Below the pieces are notes generated by a model. It was not told the DNA's origin. It did no database searches and saw nothing but the letters and a program-made list of their open reading frames with translations. From a virus: a DNA stretch of 64,000 nucleotides. The position numbers and the translations under genes are program-made. Of this stretch, positions 51,443 through 60,339 are shown in pieces (the stretch's first letter is position 1; each line of letters begins with the position of its first letter). The stretch is taken from positions 1 through 64,000 of IMG/VR virus record IMGVR_UViG_3300045131_002362; one strand, written 5' to 3'.

Positions 51443-52369
51443 TTACAGCGTTTCCACAACTGCCGCGTGTCTGTGATTTTCGATCATCTGCTTCAGACTC
51501 AGCTCCCGGTGCGGAGGCTTGAACGTGAACCCGTTTGTGAACTTCTGGCATTTCGGATTTAGCGGCATGTCGTCCGTCGGCATCACGTACGGAAGATCCT
51601 GCTTCAGAATAAACTCCGTGATGCTTCCGGGCCTGCCGTCGCTCTTTCGCGGCTTGCGCCAAAGGCCGTGTACCTCGCGGTTGAACGGCTCGCCGGTACA
51701 CTCGACACGCATGATCATGCCGCGCTCCTCCGGCGTCAGCTCGTGAAGCACCTCTTCCGGTTTCTGGTTCGGGCAGAACACGCAGGACGATTTCGGCGGC
51801 ACCGGCAGCCCGGCCTCGCGGATCATCTCCTTGCAGATCTCCCGTGTCCAGCCCCAGTCCATGAGCGGGTGCATGTAGTCGAACTTCTTGTCCGGCGCCG
51901 TGTGCGCCTTGTCTGATGCGCGGTTGCGGCGGTAGTCCTCCGTCGCGTCGAAGCCGATCAGCTTCGCGATCTTGCGGCCGGCCGCCCACTCTGATTTGCA
52001 CGCCGGATCTCTGTCCGTCCATTTGTTCTGCGGCACGATCTTCCATTTGATCGTACACGACGCGCGGCCGAACGTAGCGCCGGGCAGCGTGGCGTTCATC
52101 ACCATGTTGCCCTCGATCGTCGTGTACGGGCTCTTCGGAGCCGGATTGCGCACTACGGTCACGGGCGGGAAGCCAACTCTGGCGAGCCACTCCTGGATCA
52201 CCGGAAGATAGGCGTACGTCGCCGCCTTCTCGCTGCCCACGTCCGCCCATAGGATGAACGCGGGGCGCAGCCGCATCGCTTCCAGGCCCACCAGCATGGC
52301 CGTGCTGTCGACGCCGAGCCCGTAGGCCACTCCGACAAGGCCGTTATCGAATCGCTCTTTGAGATTCAT
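51443..52369 (-). CDS. PAPS-reductase-like PP-loop protein
   Basis: VAYGLGVDSTAM, ADVGSE, CTIKWK, PPKSSCVFCP. Confidence 0.8.
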   Translation of the reverse strand: MNLKERFDNGLVGVAYGLGVDSTAMLVGLEAMRLRPAFILWADVGSEKAATYAYLPVIQEWLARVGFPPVTVVRNPAPKSPYTTIEGNMVMNATLPGATFGRASCTIKWKIVPQNKWTDRDPACKSEWAAGRKIAKLIGFDATEDYRRNRASDKAHTAPDKKFDYMHPLMDWGWTREICKEMIREAGLPVPPKSSCVFCPNQKPEEVLHELTPEERGMIMRVECTGEPFNREVHGLWRKPRKSDGRPGSITEFILKQDLPYVMPTDDMPLNPKCQKFTNGFTFKPPHRELSLKQMIENHRHAAVVETL

Positions 52370-52372
52370 GAT

Positions 52373-52744
52373 TTACCTTTTCTTCTTCTTTTCAGGCGCG
52401 ACCTGGTAGCCGACGTGATCGAAGGCACATTTGCAGTTAGGACAGGTCGGGCAAAATTTCCACGTAATCTCGGTCGTGATGCGCTCCAAACATTGGTAGC
52501 AGCGCCACACGTTCCGCAATCGACCCACAACCGGCTTCCAACGGCCACCTGCGTTTTGGTACATCTCAGCCATGCAGTTTTCGTAGCGCAGTGTGTGGCG
52601 GTCAATCAGCATGGCACGGACAAACTGCGCTTTCGGATGAGCCAACGCCGCCGCAGCCTCAGCCTCTTCTTTGCTGTTGGCCTTCGCGATGTAGTGCCAG
52701 TATCTACCCGACTTGCTTCTTCCTTTGATTCTGTAGGTGCTCAT
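52373..52744 (-). CDS. Hypothetical zinc-ribbon protein
   Basis: CYQC...CPNC; GGAGG SD. Confidence 0.6.
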   Translation of the reverse strand: MSTYRIKGRSKSGRYWHYIAKANSKEEAEAAAALAHPKAQFVRAMLIDRHTLRYENCMAEMYQNAGGRWKPVVGRLRNVWRCYQCLERITTEITWKFCPTCPNCKCAFDHVGYQVAPEKKKKR

Positions 52745-52988
52745 TCTTGACCTCCACACATTCCATGCTGAAACTACAATTACACCGTTCACACTGCGGC
52801 ACGCCGTAGACGTGCGTCTCGACAGGCTGCGTCATGCGCAAGCCGCACCCGAAGCAGTGCCACACTGCGCGGGTCGAACACGGCTCCAGCCGCGTCCACT
52901 GCGGACCAGCCGCGTCGCCGTTTGCATAGAGGGTGGCGGCCGGGTTTCGCAGCATCGTGTTACGGATCAGTTGTTGCTCTGTGTTCAT
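52704..52988 (-). CDS. Hypothetical zinc-ribbon protein
   Basis: CFGC...CERC; ATGA coupling. Confidence 0.55.
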   Translation of the reverse strand: MNTEQQLIRNTMLRNPAATLYANGDAAGPQWTRLEPCSTRAVWHCFGCGLRMTQPVETHVYGVPQCERCNCSFSMECVEVKNEHLQNQRKKQVG

Positions 52989-53272
52989 GCCCGCACCCCT
53001 TTTCCGTCGTGTCCGGGAAGACGGACGTAAACGTCGCCCTGCCGCTCGTAGCCGACCTGCTCTGAGTTTGGACCTGTCGTTCCGGAGAGCGCGTCGAAGG
53101 TCTCGGCGAGGATGGGATAGCCAGCGAGCGCCGCCGCCCACATCTCCACGCTCTGCCACTGCGCCGACAGGATCTGCGTGTCCACCGTGTCCGGCAGCCC
53201 CTCCAGAGCGATGCGCCGCTTGTGGTACTCGTCGACTGTCTGCATCTCCGGCATCTTCGTCTTGTCGCTCAC
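52985..53272 (-). CDS. Hypothetical protein
   Basis: GGAGG SD, GTGA coupling. Confidence 0.55.
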   Translation of the reverse strand: MSDKTKMPEMQTVDEYHKRRIALEGLPDTVDTQILSAQWQSVEMWAAALAGYPILAETFDALSGTTGPNSEQVGYERQGDVYVRLPGHDGKGVRA

Positions 53273-53547
53273 GACCCGCCTCCCTTCCGCTTCTGGCGCC
53301 ACAGGATCGTGAGCGCCTCCGTCTTGATCGTCTCGGCCAGGTTGGCGAGCGCCTCGCGGACAACGCTGGCCGGCACGACAGTCGCGCAGCCACCGAGCGT
53401 GACGCCCTCGGTCTTCATGAGGCCGTCCAGCGGCTTGTCCCAGCCCTCTGCCTTGCGCTTGGCCCAGCGGTACGCTGCATGCGCGTCAGTGCATGTCCGG
53501 CAGCGGCAGCCACCGCAGTAACCGGCCCTTCCGTGTTTCTTCGTCAT
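53269..53547 (-). CDS. Small Cys/His zinc-binding protein
   Basis: HG...Y..GCRCRTC. Confidence 0.6.
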   Translation of the reverse strand: MTKKHGRAGYCGGCRCRTCTDAHAAYRWAKRKAEGWDKPLDGLMKTEGVTLGGCATVVPASVVREALANLAETIKTEALTILWRQKRKGGGS

Positions 53548-54074
53548 TCCGTCACAACTCCTTCCCCGTCCTTAACAGTGATCTCCATGATGTACTTGCC
53601 GCCGCGCTTGCGTCTCTTCATTCTGCCCTCGCAGAACGCTGCAAAAAGCCTGTCGCGCTCGCTCGCCTCTGCCGCCCGCGCCGTCTTGTACGCCGTCTCC
53701 CAAAGGTTGTGGGCGTAGTCCCAGCGGTCGGCCTCGGGTGTGATACCGGCGATGAGACGCAGCAGCCCTGTCTCGTGACGGCGCTCCTTGTCCACATCCA
53801 CCATCCAGCCCTCGCCGCCGCCGTTCCACCAGCGCAGGGCGATCTGTTTGTCCCAGCCCTCGCCCTTCTCGAAGATGTCGTACCGGTAGCTGTCGCCGCT
53901 CCACAGCCCTACAGCGCTCTGGCGGGCCTCGCCGAACCGGCACGGGCAGATTTGCCGCCAGTCGGCAGTCATAATGTCGAACTGCGTCAGCCTGTTGTCA
54001 TAGGCCGGCGTCAGAAACCTTCCGCGCTCGACCGGCTTCATCGGCGGAATATCCGTCTGTGTCCAATGGCTCAT
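53544..54074 (-). CDS. Hypothetical protein
   Basis: AAGGAGG SD. Confidence 0.65.
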   Translation of the reverse strand: MSHWTQTDIPPMKPVERGRFLTPAYDNRLTQFDIMTADWRQICPCRFGEARQSAVGLWSGDSYRYDIFEKGEGWDKQIALRWWNGGGEGWMVDVDKERRHETGLLRLIAGITPEADRWDYAHNLWETAYKTARAAEASERDRLFAAFCEGRMKRRKRGGKYIMEITVKDGEGVVTE

Positions 54075-54430
54075 GTTTCCTCCTTCACGCATTCCTCACC
54101 GGCTGCGACGAGCTGGTCCTGCTCGGCACGCATCGCCAACCACTTCGCCTTGTAAGCCGCGACCGTCAGCCGCACGACCTGCTTCGGGTCCGGCGAACAG
54201 AATGTCTTGTCCGGCGCGAGCGATGCAGCCATCCCGCACTCGCCGATCATGCAGAACCACGTCCCGTCTCGGCGCGAGGAGGGATACACATGGATCAGCC
54301 CCTTCCAATGCGCCTCGAAATGCCAGCCCATGTTCTGCCACACACGCGACTGCCAGCCCTCGCCGAGCCACACGCACAGGCGCTCGGCCTTCGCAGTCAC
54401 GCGGTCTTTCTCGTCATAGATCTTCTGCAT
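54071..54430 (-). CDS. Hypothetical protein
   Basis: Trp-rich; coupled. Confidence 0.65.
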   Translation of the reverse strand: MQKIYDEKDRVTAKAERLCVWLGEGWQSRVWQNMGWHFEAHWKGLIHVYPSSRRDGTWFCMIGECGMAASLAPDKTFCSPDPKQVVRLTVAAYKAKWLAMRAEQDQLVAAGEECVKEET

Positions 54431-54436
54431 AGCCGT

Positions 54437-54913
54437 CTACCTTTCGGCGCGCCAGTCGCGCCTGGCCGTCGCCATGATTTTCGCTCCCGGTATATCCTGC
54501 CTGTCGCAGAAGTGCAGCAGGTCGGCCATGAGGTCGCGCACCGCGTCCTCGTCGATCGTGCGGGACTCGCCAGTCGAGATAAGGAATCTGTCGAGTGCTT
54601 TCTCGGCGTGCTTCGCCCGATCGCCGTTCGTCGGCGAATCGGGATCGTCATCGTCACGCTTGTCCGCCTTGAAGCGCGTCTTCTTCTGCTTGTGCTGCTT
54701 ATCAAAAACGAACTGGTCGTCCCGCTCGTGCCCACCCAGGACCAGCACCGTGCGGACGTAACCGACGAACACCTCGCTGTCCATCAGCATCTGCGCCGCG
54801 CGCTGCTTCGCCTCCTTCAGCGTGTCGACATCCCGCGACACCTCGTAGCCGCGAGTCCCAACCGCGTCCATGTCCAGATAGCCCTCGACCCTGTACTTGC
54901 TGTGCTCTTTCAT
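54437..54913 (-). CDS. Hypothetical protein (paralog of 47833-48075)
   Basis: NGDRA...DLMADLLHFCDR...WRAER. Confidence 0.7.
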   Translation of the reverse strand: MKEHSKYRVEGYLDMDAVGTRGYEVSRDVDTLKEAKQRAAQMLMDSEVFVGYVRTVLVLGGHERDDQFVFDKQHKQKKTRFKADKRDDDDPDSPTNGDRAKHAEKALDRFLISTGESRTIDEDAVRDLMADLLHFCDRQDIPGAKIMATARRDWRAER

Positions 54914-55116
54914 GTCGTCTCCTCGCCCGCAGGCTCAGACCACGTTCTCACGGGGAAGATCCTGCGCTCGCCACCGAAACCCTCGCGCTCCAGCAGGCGG
55001 CACACGCAGTCCGCCTGCTCCTTCGTGTAGTGCCCGTCCTCGGTCACGTTCGGCCGCTGGCCGTTGCTCACGAGCCCTTCCGGCCATTCAGCACAAGATG
55101 TCCACGGCTTCATCAC
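54910..55116 (-). CDS. Hypothetical protein
   Basis: AAGGAGG SD, coupled. Confidence 0.6.
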   Translation of the reverse strand: MMKPWTSCAEWPEGLVSNGQRPNVTEDGHYTKEQADCVCRLLEREGFGGERRIFPVRTWSEPAGEETT

Positions 55117-55370
55117 GCCTCCTTTTTGATCGATTGCAGACTCATCGTGAAGGCGGCGCGGGCATGTGGCTCGTGCCGCAGGGCGGCCTGATACGCGAAG
55201 TACACCGCTTCGTCGTCGCTGTCGAAGATGTCTGACTCGTCCAGCCGCAGGATCTCGCAGCGCGTCCCGTCCGTCGTGAACAGCGACCAGCCCTCGCTCT
55301 TCGCTTTCTTGTCGAAAGAGTCGGACCAGCGCAGATCCGGATCGCGTTTCTTCTTGCCGTGCTCCTTCAT
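55113..55370 (-). CDS. Hypothetical protein
   Basis: AKSEGWSLF...FDSDDEA; coupled. Confidence 0.6.
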   Translation of the reverse strand: MKEHGKKKRDPDLRWSDSFDKKAKSEGWSLFTTDGTRCEILRLDESDIFDSDDEAVYFAYQAALRHEPHARAAFTMSLQSIKKEA

Positions 55371-55696
55371 CAGTACGCCCTCCCTACGCTGTACGAGAAC
55401 CCGTGTCTCGGATAACGATTGTTCTGCCACATGAACTTGCCGCCGTGCAGGCGGAAGCACCAGTCGCCGGCCGAGGATGTCCAGTCCTCCACTTCCAGCT
55501 TGCTGTAGCCCAGCCGACGCGCCACGGCCCTGTACGAGCCGCTGCCGGCGTTAGGAGCCTCGACGACTTCGCCCTCGCGCACCAAGCGCCGGGCCTGCGT
55601 GTCGCTGATCTTCTCACCTCGCCCGTCGTAGAACTGCCCGCCGTCGGCGACCCGCTCGCGGATTCCCGTCGCCATCTCAGCAATTATGTCTGCCAT
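55370..55696 (-). CDS. Hypothetical protein
   Basis: GAGGAG SD. Confidence 0.65.
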   Translation of the reverse strand: MADIIAEMATGIRERVADGGQFYDGRGEKISDTQARRLVREGEVVEAPNAGSGSYRAVARRLGYSKLEVEDWTSSAGDWCFRLHGGKFMWQNNRYPRHGFSYSVGRAY

Positions 55697-55856
55697 ACCC
55701 GCTCCTCAGTTTTCTCGCACTCTTTCGCCAGATGCCGCTTCGACAGCCAGGGCATGCGCTCGGCCGCCGCAGCGACACACTCTTTCTTTGTCACGGCGCG
55801 CACCTCTCCGCACTGACCGCCCCACCGTGTGTTGAGTCGAATCAACCAGACGGCCA

Positions 55857-56066
55857 TCAGCCTCCTCCCCACAGCGCGAAGCCATCGGGTTTCGAGATCG
55901 CCTGCGGCTTTTGCGCCAATTCGCTCTTCATGCTAAGCATGTCGTACTTTGTAAGGATGATCTTTCGTGCCTCATGCACCGTGTGCGCCATAGCGAACAT
56001 GATGCCCGGCGTGTAATCCCTCAGCACGTTTTCCCAAACGTACAGCTTCAGTTTCCTTTCCGCCAT
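55857..56066 (-). CDS. Hypothetical protein
   Basis: GAGGTG SD; LYVWENVL.DYTPG...WGGG. Confidence 0.6.
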   Translation of the reverse strand: MAERKLKLYVWENVLRDYTPGIMFAMAHTVHEARKIILTKYDMLSMKSELAQKPQAISKPDGFALWGGG

Positions 56067-56067
56067 A

Positions 56068-56568
56068 TCACACCTCCTCGTTGTAGATCTTCTCCAGCTC
56101 GTCACCGTAACGCTTGCGCAGCGCCGCTCCGGTCTCTGCGCTGTACACAACAGCCATGGCCTTGTACTCGCCCGGCTTCTGCCCCTTCAGCCGGTAGCAG
56201 GTGCTCTTCTTGCACCTGCGGCGCATGACGAGGGTGAACTCGTGATTGTCGATCAGCTCGGCGACGAACATGTCCGGAGTGAGCCTATGCTCCTCACCGA
56301 GGATCGTCATGGTGCGGCCCAGGATGTGACCGCGCAGCGCCGCCTCACCGGGGAACACACTTGCGAGTCGCTGCGCCTCGTGCGGATAATCGCTAACGTC
56401 GATCGTCTCGCGCCCGCTCTTGTCGTACCAGTCGAAGCGATGGCAGTCGCCGTCGGCGTTGTTGAGGACGAACGCGACGGGCACTCCGTCGCGCACCAGC
56501 TCCGCGTTGAAGCCGTGGCCCTCCCGACCCATGAACTTTTTGACTTTGCGCACAGTGTATCCGCTCAT
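56068..56568 (-). CDS. Hypothetical protein
   Basis: GGAGGTG SD. Confidence 0.7.
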   Translation of the reverse strand: MSGYTVRKVKKFMGREGHGFNAELVRDGVPVAFVLNNADGDCHRFDWYDKSGRETIDVSDYPHEAQRLASVFPGEAALRGHILGRTMTILGEEHRLTPDMFVAELIDNHEFTLVMRRRCKKSTCYRLKGQKPGEYKAMAVVYSAETGAALRKRYGDELEKIYNEEV

Positions 56569-56569
56569 C

Positions 56570-56932
56570 TCACACCTCCTTCATGATTCTGTCGAAGCAG
56601 GCCGCGAGCCCGCACTCGGTCTTCGTGCCCCATGCCGTTTCCCGGCGATCTTTGTGTTCATGGTCATGCTTGAGACTGCACCACACCAGCTCGACCATCT
56701 TTAGTGCTGCGGCGCTATGCTCGTTCAGGGCGCACTTAGGGCAGAACGAGGGTTTGTCCGGTTTCGCAGCGTCAACGAACGCTTGCATCCAAGGCGCGTC
56801 CACATCGAACTTTTCGCCGTTGTCGAACTCGGCGAACAGGCCGCCGGCATCGGGCCTCGCATAGACCGTAACCTTCGCGCCGTACAGCCGGCTGTTGATG
56901 CCGCGATAATATCCCGTCTTCATGACTGTCAT
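56570..56932 (-). CDS. Hypothetical protein
   Basis: AAGGAG SD. Confidence 0.65.
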   Translation of the reverse strand: MTVMKTGYYRGINSRLYGAKVTVYARPDAGGLFAEFDNGEKFDVDAPWMQAFVDAAKPDKPSFCPKCALNEHSAAALKMVELVWCSLKHDHEHKDRRETAWGTKTECGLAACFDRIMKEV

Positions 56933-56944
56933 GGCCGTTCTCCT

Positions 56945-57382
56945 TTAAGCCGGAACCGCGAAGTAGCGGTCGCGGTATTCCTTGATTGCTTCCGGAATAA
57001 TGCCGATGTCGATCTTGCCCGACTCGTTGACCTCCAGCATGTTCGCCAGCTCCTCGAAGCGGCGATGTCCCGCCCACGTCTGGATCACGTCCTGAAGATC
57101 CGAAAGCGCGTCATCGCACTCGTCGAAGAATCCGACTCCGTGCCCGCTCAGGCTGAAGTAGCAGTTTCCGCCGAACGAGCGCTCCAGACGGTCAAACGAC
57201 GCCATGTCGAAGCCCGTCTTCTCCAGATGCGCCCGGAAGCCGGCGCAGAACGCCTCGGCTCCGGTGATCATCTCCGGTGCGAACTGGTGAATCGTCATGC
57301 CCTCGAACGGGCGCGTTTCGCCGCCGGGATCATCCGCGACCCACAGCAGCGTCTCCAGAAAGTTCTCTGTGTCCTTATTCAT
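56945..57382 (-). CDS. Hypothetical protein
   Basis: GHGVGFFD; AGGAGG SD. Confidence 0.7.
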   Translation of the reverse strand: MNKDTENFLETLLWVADDPGGETRPFEGMTIHQFAPEMITGAEAFCAGFRAHLEKTGFDMASFDRLERSFGGNCYFSLSGHGVGFFDECDDALSDLQDVIQTWAGHRRFEELANMLEVNESGKIDIGIIPEAIKEYRDRYFAVPA

Positions 57383-57390
57383 GCTTCCTC

Positions 57391-57627
57391 CTACAGTTTG
57401 CTGTCGATGCTGTCCAGATCGCCGTTACAGATCGCCTCGATCAGCGGAATGACCCAGCTTTTCGTGTAGCGCTCCGTCGCCACCCTTATCTTCTCGGTGT
57501 CCTCTGAACAGGGCATCGATTCGTCTCCCTTCAGAGAAAATCCGGCGTTCTTAAACAGAACAAGCTCGGTAAGCTTGCGCTTCGCCCGCGCCAGCGTCGC
57601 CGCCTCGCGCTTTCCTTGCACTCTCAT
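57391..57627 (-). CDS. Hypothetical protein
   Basis: GGAGG SD, coupled. Confidence 0.6.
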   Translation of the reverse strand: MRVQGKREAATLARAKRKLTELVLFKNAGFSLKGDESMPCSEDTEKIRVATERYTKSWVIPLIEAICNGDLDSIDSKL

Positions 57628-57830
57628 GCTTCCTCCGTTCCCTGCTCGATGGTTTTGCCGCAATGGGCGCACGGCTTTGGCAGCTCCGGGTGGCCCGGAT
57701 ACATGAAGCCGCGAGACATCGGCCCGCCGCCTTTGCCGAACGACGCCGTGTACGCCTTCGCGCACCTCTTATGGACGAACGCGTCGGCGAACCGCTCGAA
57801 GCACATCCGCACCGCGATGATGGTTTTCAT
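57624..57830 (-). CDS. Small Cys-containing protein
   Basis: AAGGA SD; CAHCG. Confidence 0.55.
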   Translation of the reverse strand: MKTIIAVRMCFERFADAFVHKRCAKAYTASFGKGGGPMSRGFMYPGHPELPKPCAHCGKTIEQGTEEA

Positions 57831-57839
57831 ACTTGTTCC

Positions 57840-58220
57840 TTACACATTTTTGAGGCGCTCGTGCGCCGACCGGATCATGTCGTGCGCAACGTTACAGGCG
57901 TCCAGCAGAGCAATCTTGCGACGCTCGGCCTCCGCGACGAGATCGGCGGCGATCTTCTTCGCGGCCTGAAGCGCGTCGCACGCTTGCTTGTCCATCCGTT
58001 CCGCACTCGCCTTTGCGTCGGCGATGATCTGCGTCCGGATGGCCTCCGCTTCGCGGTAGTTCTTGGCGTAGCACTCGGCGGGAACGTCATCCATGATGGC
58101 GCGCTCCAGCGCCGGCAGCTCCGCAGTCAGCCACTCGCCGCAGTAGCTCATGTTGCGGTCGCCCAGCCTTGCCACGAACTTCCGCAGCATCGCAATCTCT
58201 TCCTGCTTGCTCCAGCTCAT
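57840..58220 (-). CDS. Coiled-coil hypothetical protein
   Basis: GGAGG SD. Confidence 0.65.
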   Translation of the reverse strand: MSWSKQEEIAMLRKFVARLGDRNMSYCGEWLTAELPALERAIMDDVPAECYAKNYREAEAIRTQIIADAKASAERMDKQACDALQAAKKIAADLVAEAERRKIALLDACNVAHDMIRSAHERLKNV

Positions 58221-58229
58221 ACGACCTCC

Positions 58230-58463
58230 CTAAAGGTTGTTGACGATTACGGTGTTCCGATAGTCCTTGTTGCGTTTGCCGTGCGGATGCCGGCGAAGCT
58301 CAGTTCCCCAAGCCGCGCTCTTCGCCTTACCCGAAAAGAGGCAGCGCAGCTCGTGCCCGTCCCACGACTCCGGCACCTTGCCGGCCGCGATGCTCATCAC
58401 GATATCGGCCGCGATGTTGTCCGACAGCTCGCGCACAAAGTGCATCTGGTCTTGTGTGGTCAT
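58230..58463 (-). CDS. Hypothetical protein
   Basis: PESWDGHELR; coupled. Confidence 0.65.
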   Translation of the reverse strand: MTTQDQMHFVRELSDNIAADIVMSIAAGKVPESWDGHELRCLFSGKAKSAAWGTELRRHPHGKRNKDYRNTVIVNNL

Positions 58464-58639
58464 TTGCTCACCTCGATCTCTTCAACTTTGGCCGACCACG
58501 ATTCGACCCATGCCGCCGTTGTCCCGGACAGCATACCCTCATCAGCGAGATGGTCTGCCGCTTCCAGCAGCAGCGGATGCAGATCCTGCACCAAAGCGCC
58601 GCCCGAATATTCCACATCGATCGTCAGTCGCAGTTTCAT
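58460..58639 (-). CDS. Small hypothetical protein (59 aa)
   Basis: AAGGAG SD, ATGA coupling at both ends. Confidence 0.55.
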   Translation of the reverse strand: MKLRLTIDVEYSGGALVQDLHPLLLEAADHLADEGMLSGTTAAWVESWSAKVEEIEVSK

Positions 58640-58920
58640 GACGCTCCTTTCGCCTTCTTGACAGCGATGCGTGCTAGTTCGGCCCCCTTGTCCATCGTTT
58701 CCAGATCGTCGGGGTCGAACTCGTAGAGCCAGAGGATCTCTTCCAGCGCCGCCAACATATCGGGTGCGGCGCGGATCAGCTCCGCGTTTCCTTCGATATC
58801 ACAAGGCCCGATTCTCGCAACGTGCGATTCGTCTTTAACCGAAACAATGTGCGTGGTCGTTACGAACTCGCCTGGCGTCGTCCTTTTCTGGATCTTCCAA
58901 GGTCCGGCTGTGTGATTCAC
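58636..58920 (-). CDS. Common phage early protein (HTxGPW...NAxLIxAAPDML family)
   Basis: Motif recognition. Confidence 0.75.
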   Translation of the reverse strand: MNHTAGPWKIQKRTTPGEFVTTTHIVSVKDESHVARIGPCDIEGNAELIRAAPDMLAALEEILWLYEFDPDDLETMDKGAELARIAVKKAKGAS

Positions 58921-59321
58921 TTCGCCCCCTTTGCGCGCTTCTCGACCGCCGCGACGGCTTTGTTGTAGAACCTGGCGAAGCGGCGGGCCTGCGCCAAGCC
59001 AACAACCCTGCCGGTCTTGAGGTGGAAGTCAATTGCAATTGTCCCGTCAACGCAGCCCGCCACAGCATCTCTGAAGCGGTTGCTGCAAGTCGCGACCATT
59101 CCGGGACAATACTCGGCACCGCTCTCGTAGTGACCATAGCAGGGCAGCCCGAGGGCCGCAATGTTGCCAAGCTCTTCGCTTCCGCCGCCGTCAACCCCGT
59201 TGAAGCTGCCGTTCACGATGCAGTTCTCAACGGTCTCATCTTCCGGCTGTCCCAAATCAACCTCGATCGCCTCGCGGTCGCACTCGGCGTAATTCAGATG
59301 CAGCGTCGTCCTGTCGCTCAT
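58917..59321 (-). CDS. Hypothetical protein
   Basis: ORF in operon. Confidence 0.6.
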   Translation of the reverse strand: MSDRTTLHLNYAECDREAIEVDLGQPEDETVENCIVNGSFNGVDGGGSEELGNIAALGLPCYGHYESGAEYCPGMVATCSNRFRDAVAGCVDGTIAIDFHLKTGRVVGLAQARRFARFYNKAVAAVEKRAKGAK

Positions 59322-59329
59322 ACAACCTT

Positions 59330-59923
59330 CTATTCTGCCGCGTCGATCGCGGCGTTCATTTCCTTCTCCAGCTTGTTGAGCGAGGCGCGGGCCTCGCTAC
59401 AGCGGGATCGAACACACTCACGCACGTCTTCGATCGCCGCTGCCTTGAGGCGCATCGCGTTGTCGCGGATGAAGAGGGCCAGCTTCTCGTGGATATGCTG
59501 CTTGATGAAGGCGCGCTCGCCCTCGGTCGGCTTCTGAAAGCCGCGAACGCGGATGGCGGGCCACTCCGTGCCGTTCTCGTAGACGATGTTCATCTCGCCC
59601 ATGTCGACGCCGCGCAACGTGAACGTGCCGGGGGCCGGGTGCGGGTCGCGCTGGTCCGGTACATAGCCAGCGTGGTCAACACGCGTGCTCTGGTCGTGGT
59701 TCTCCTTGTCGCTGCGCAGCAGGTCGCACCAGTACGTGCGGCCGATGCTCGGCTTCTCCATGTCGCACGGACGCCACTGCGGAATGAGTCCGCCATAATT
59801 GCGCCAGCGGAATCCTCCGCAGCAGCCCTCGAAGTCGGGTCTCGGCCCGATCTGCCGGACACACCAAAGCGTCTCGACAACGCAGCCTTTCTTCGTCTCG
59901 AATGCGATTTTCAGCTTCAGCAT
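59330..59923 (-). CDS. Hypothetical protein
   Basis: GAGGAGG SD. Confidence 0.65.
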   Translation of the reverse strand: MLKLKIAFETKKGCVVETLWCVRQIGPRPDFEGCCGGFRWRNYGGLIPQWRPCDMEKPSIGRTYWCDLLRSDKENHDQSTRVDHAGYVPDQRDPHPAPGTFTLRGVDMGEMNIVYENGTEWPAIRVRGFQKPTEGERAFIKQHIHEKLALFIRDNAMRLKAAAIEDVRECVRSRCSEARASLNKLEKEMNAAIDAAE

Positions 59924-60150
59924 GACACTTCCTCCTCGATGTGGTAGCTCTCGCGCTCACGGCGCGGGATTGTGTGGTCTGCCTTGCGACGCTCCTCGCA
60001 ACGGCCCTCGTGTTCGTGCAACTCTCGCACACTGTTCTCTGCCGACGCTCGGGTCGCGTCGGCCTGAATCGCCAGCCCGGTCTTGTCGTTCACGACATAG
60101 AAGCGTCCAGTGAACGCCCCGCCCGGCATGTCTGGATGTCTCTTGATCAT
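59917..60150 (-). CDS. Hypothetical protein
   Basis: GGAG SD. Confidence 0.55.
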   Translation of the reverse strand: MIKRHPDMPGGAFTGRFYVVNDKTGLAIQADATRASAENSVRELHEHEGRCEERRKADHTIPRRERESYHIEEEVSC

Positions 60151-60339
60151 TGTGATTTCTCCACATTGTATAGCGGCTTGCCTTGGTGTTCTCCGACGAC
60201 AAGCGTGTATTCTTCTGGAATTTCTAACTTTCCGAATCTCGTCACACACAGCCCTTCGAGGCTGAAATAACCGGACATCTCTTTGTCGCGACTGATCTTG
60301 ATCTTCACTTCAGACCATCCTTTTTGATTCCACGCGGAA

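Noticed and set aside
51432-52250. N-terminal extension of the 482-aa ORF 50802-52250
   Set aside because: Out-of-frame overlap with the PAPS-reductase-like gene; real start is ATG 51431 with AAGGAG SD
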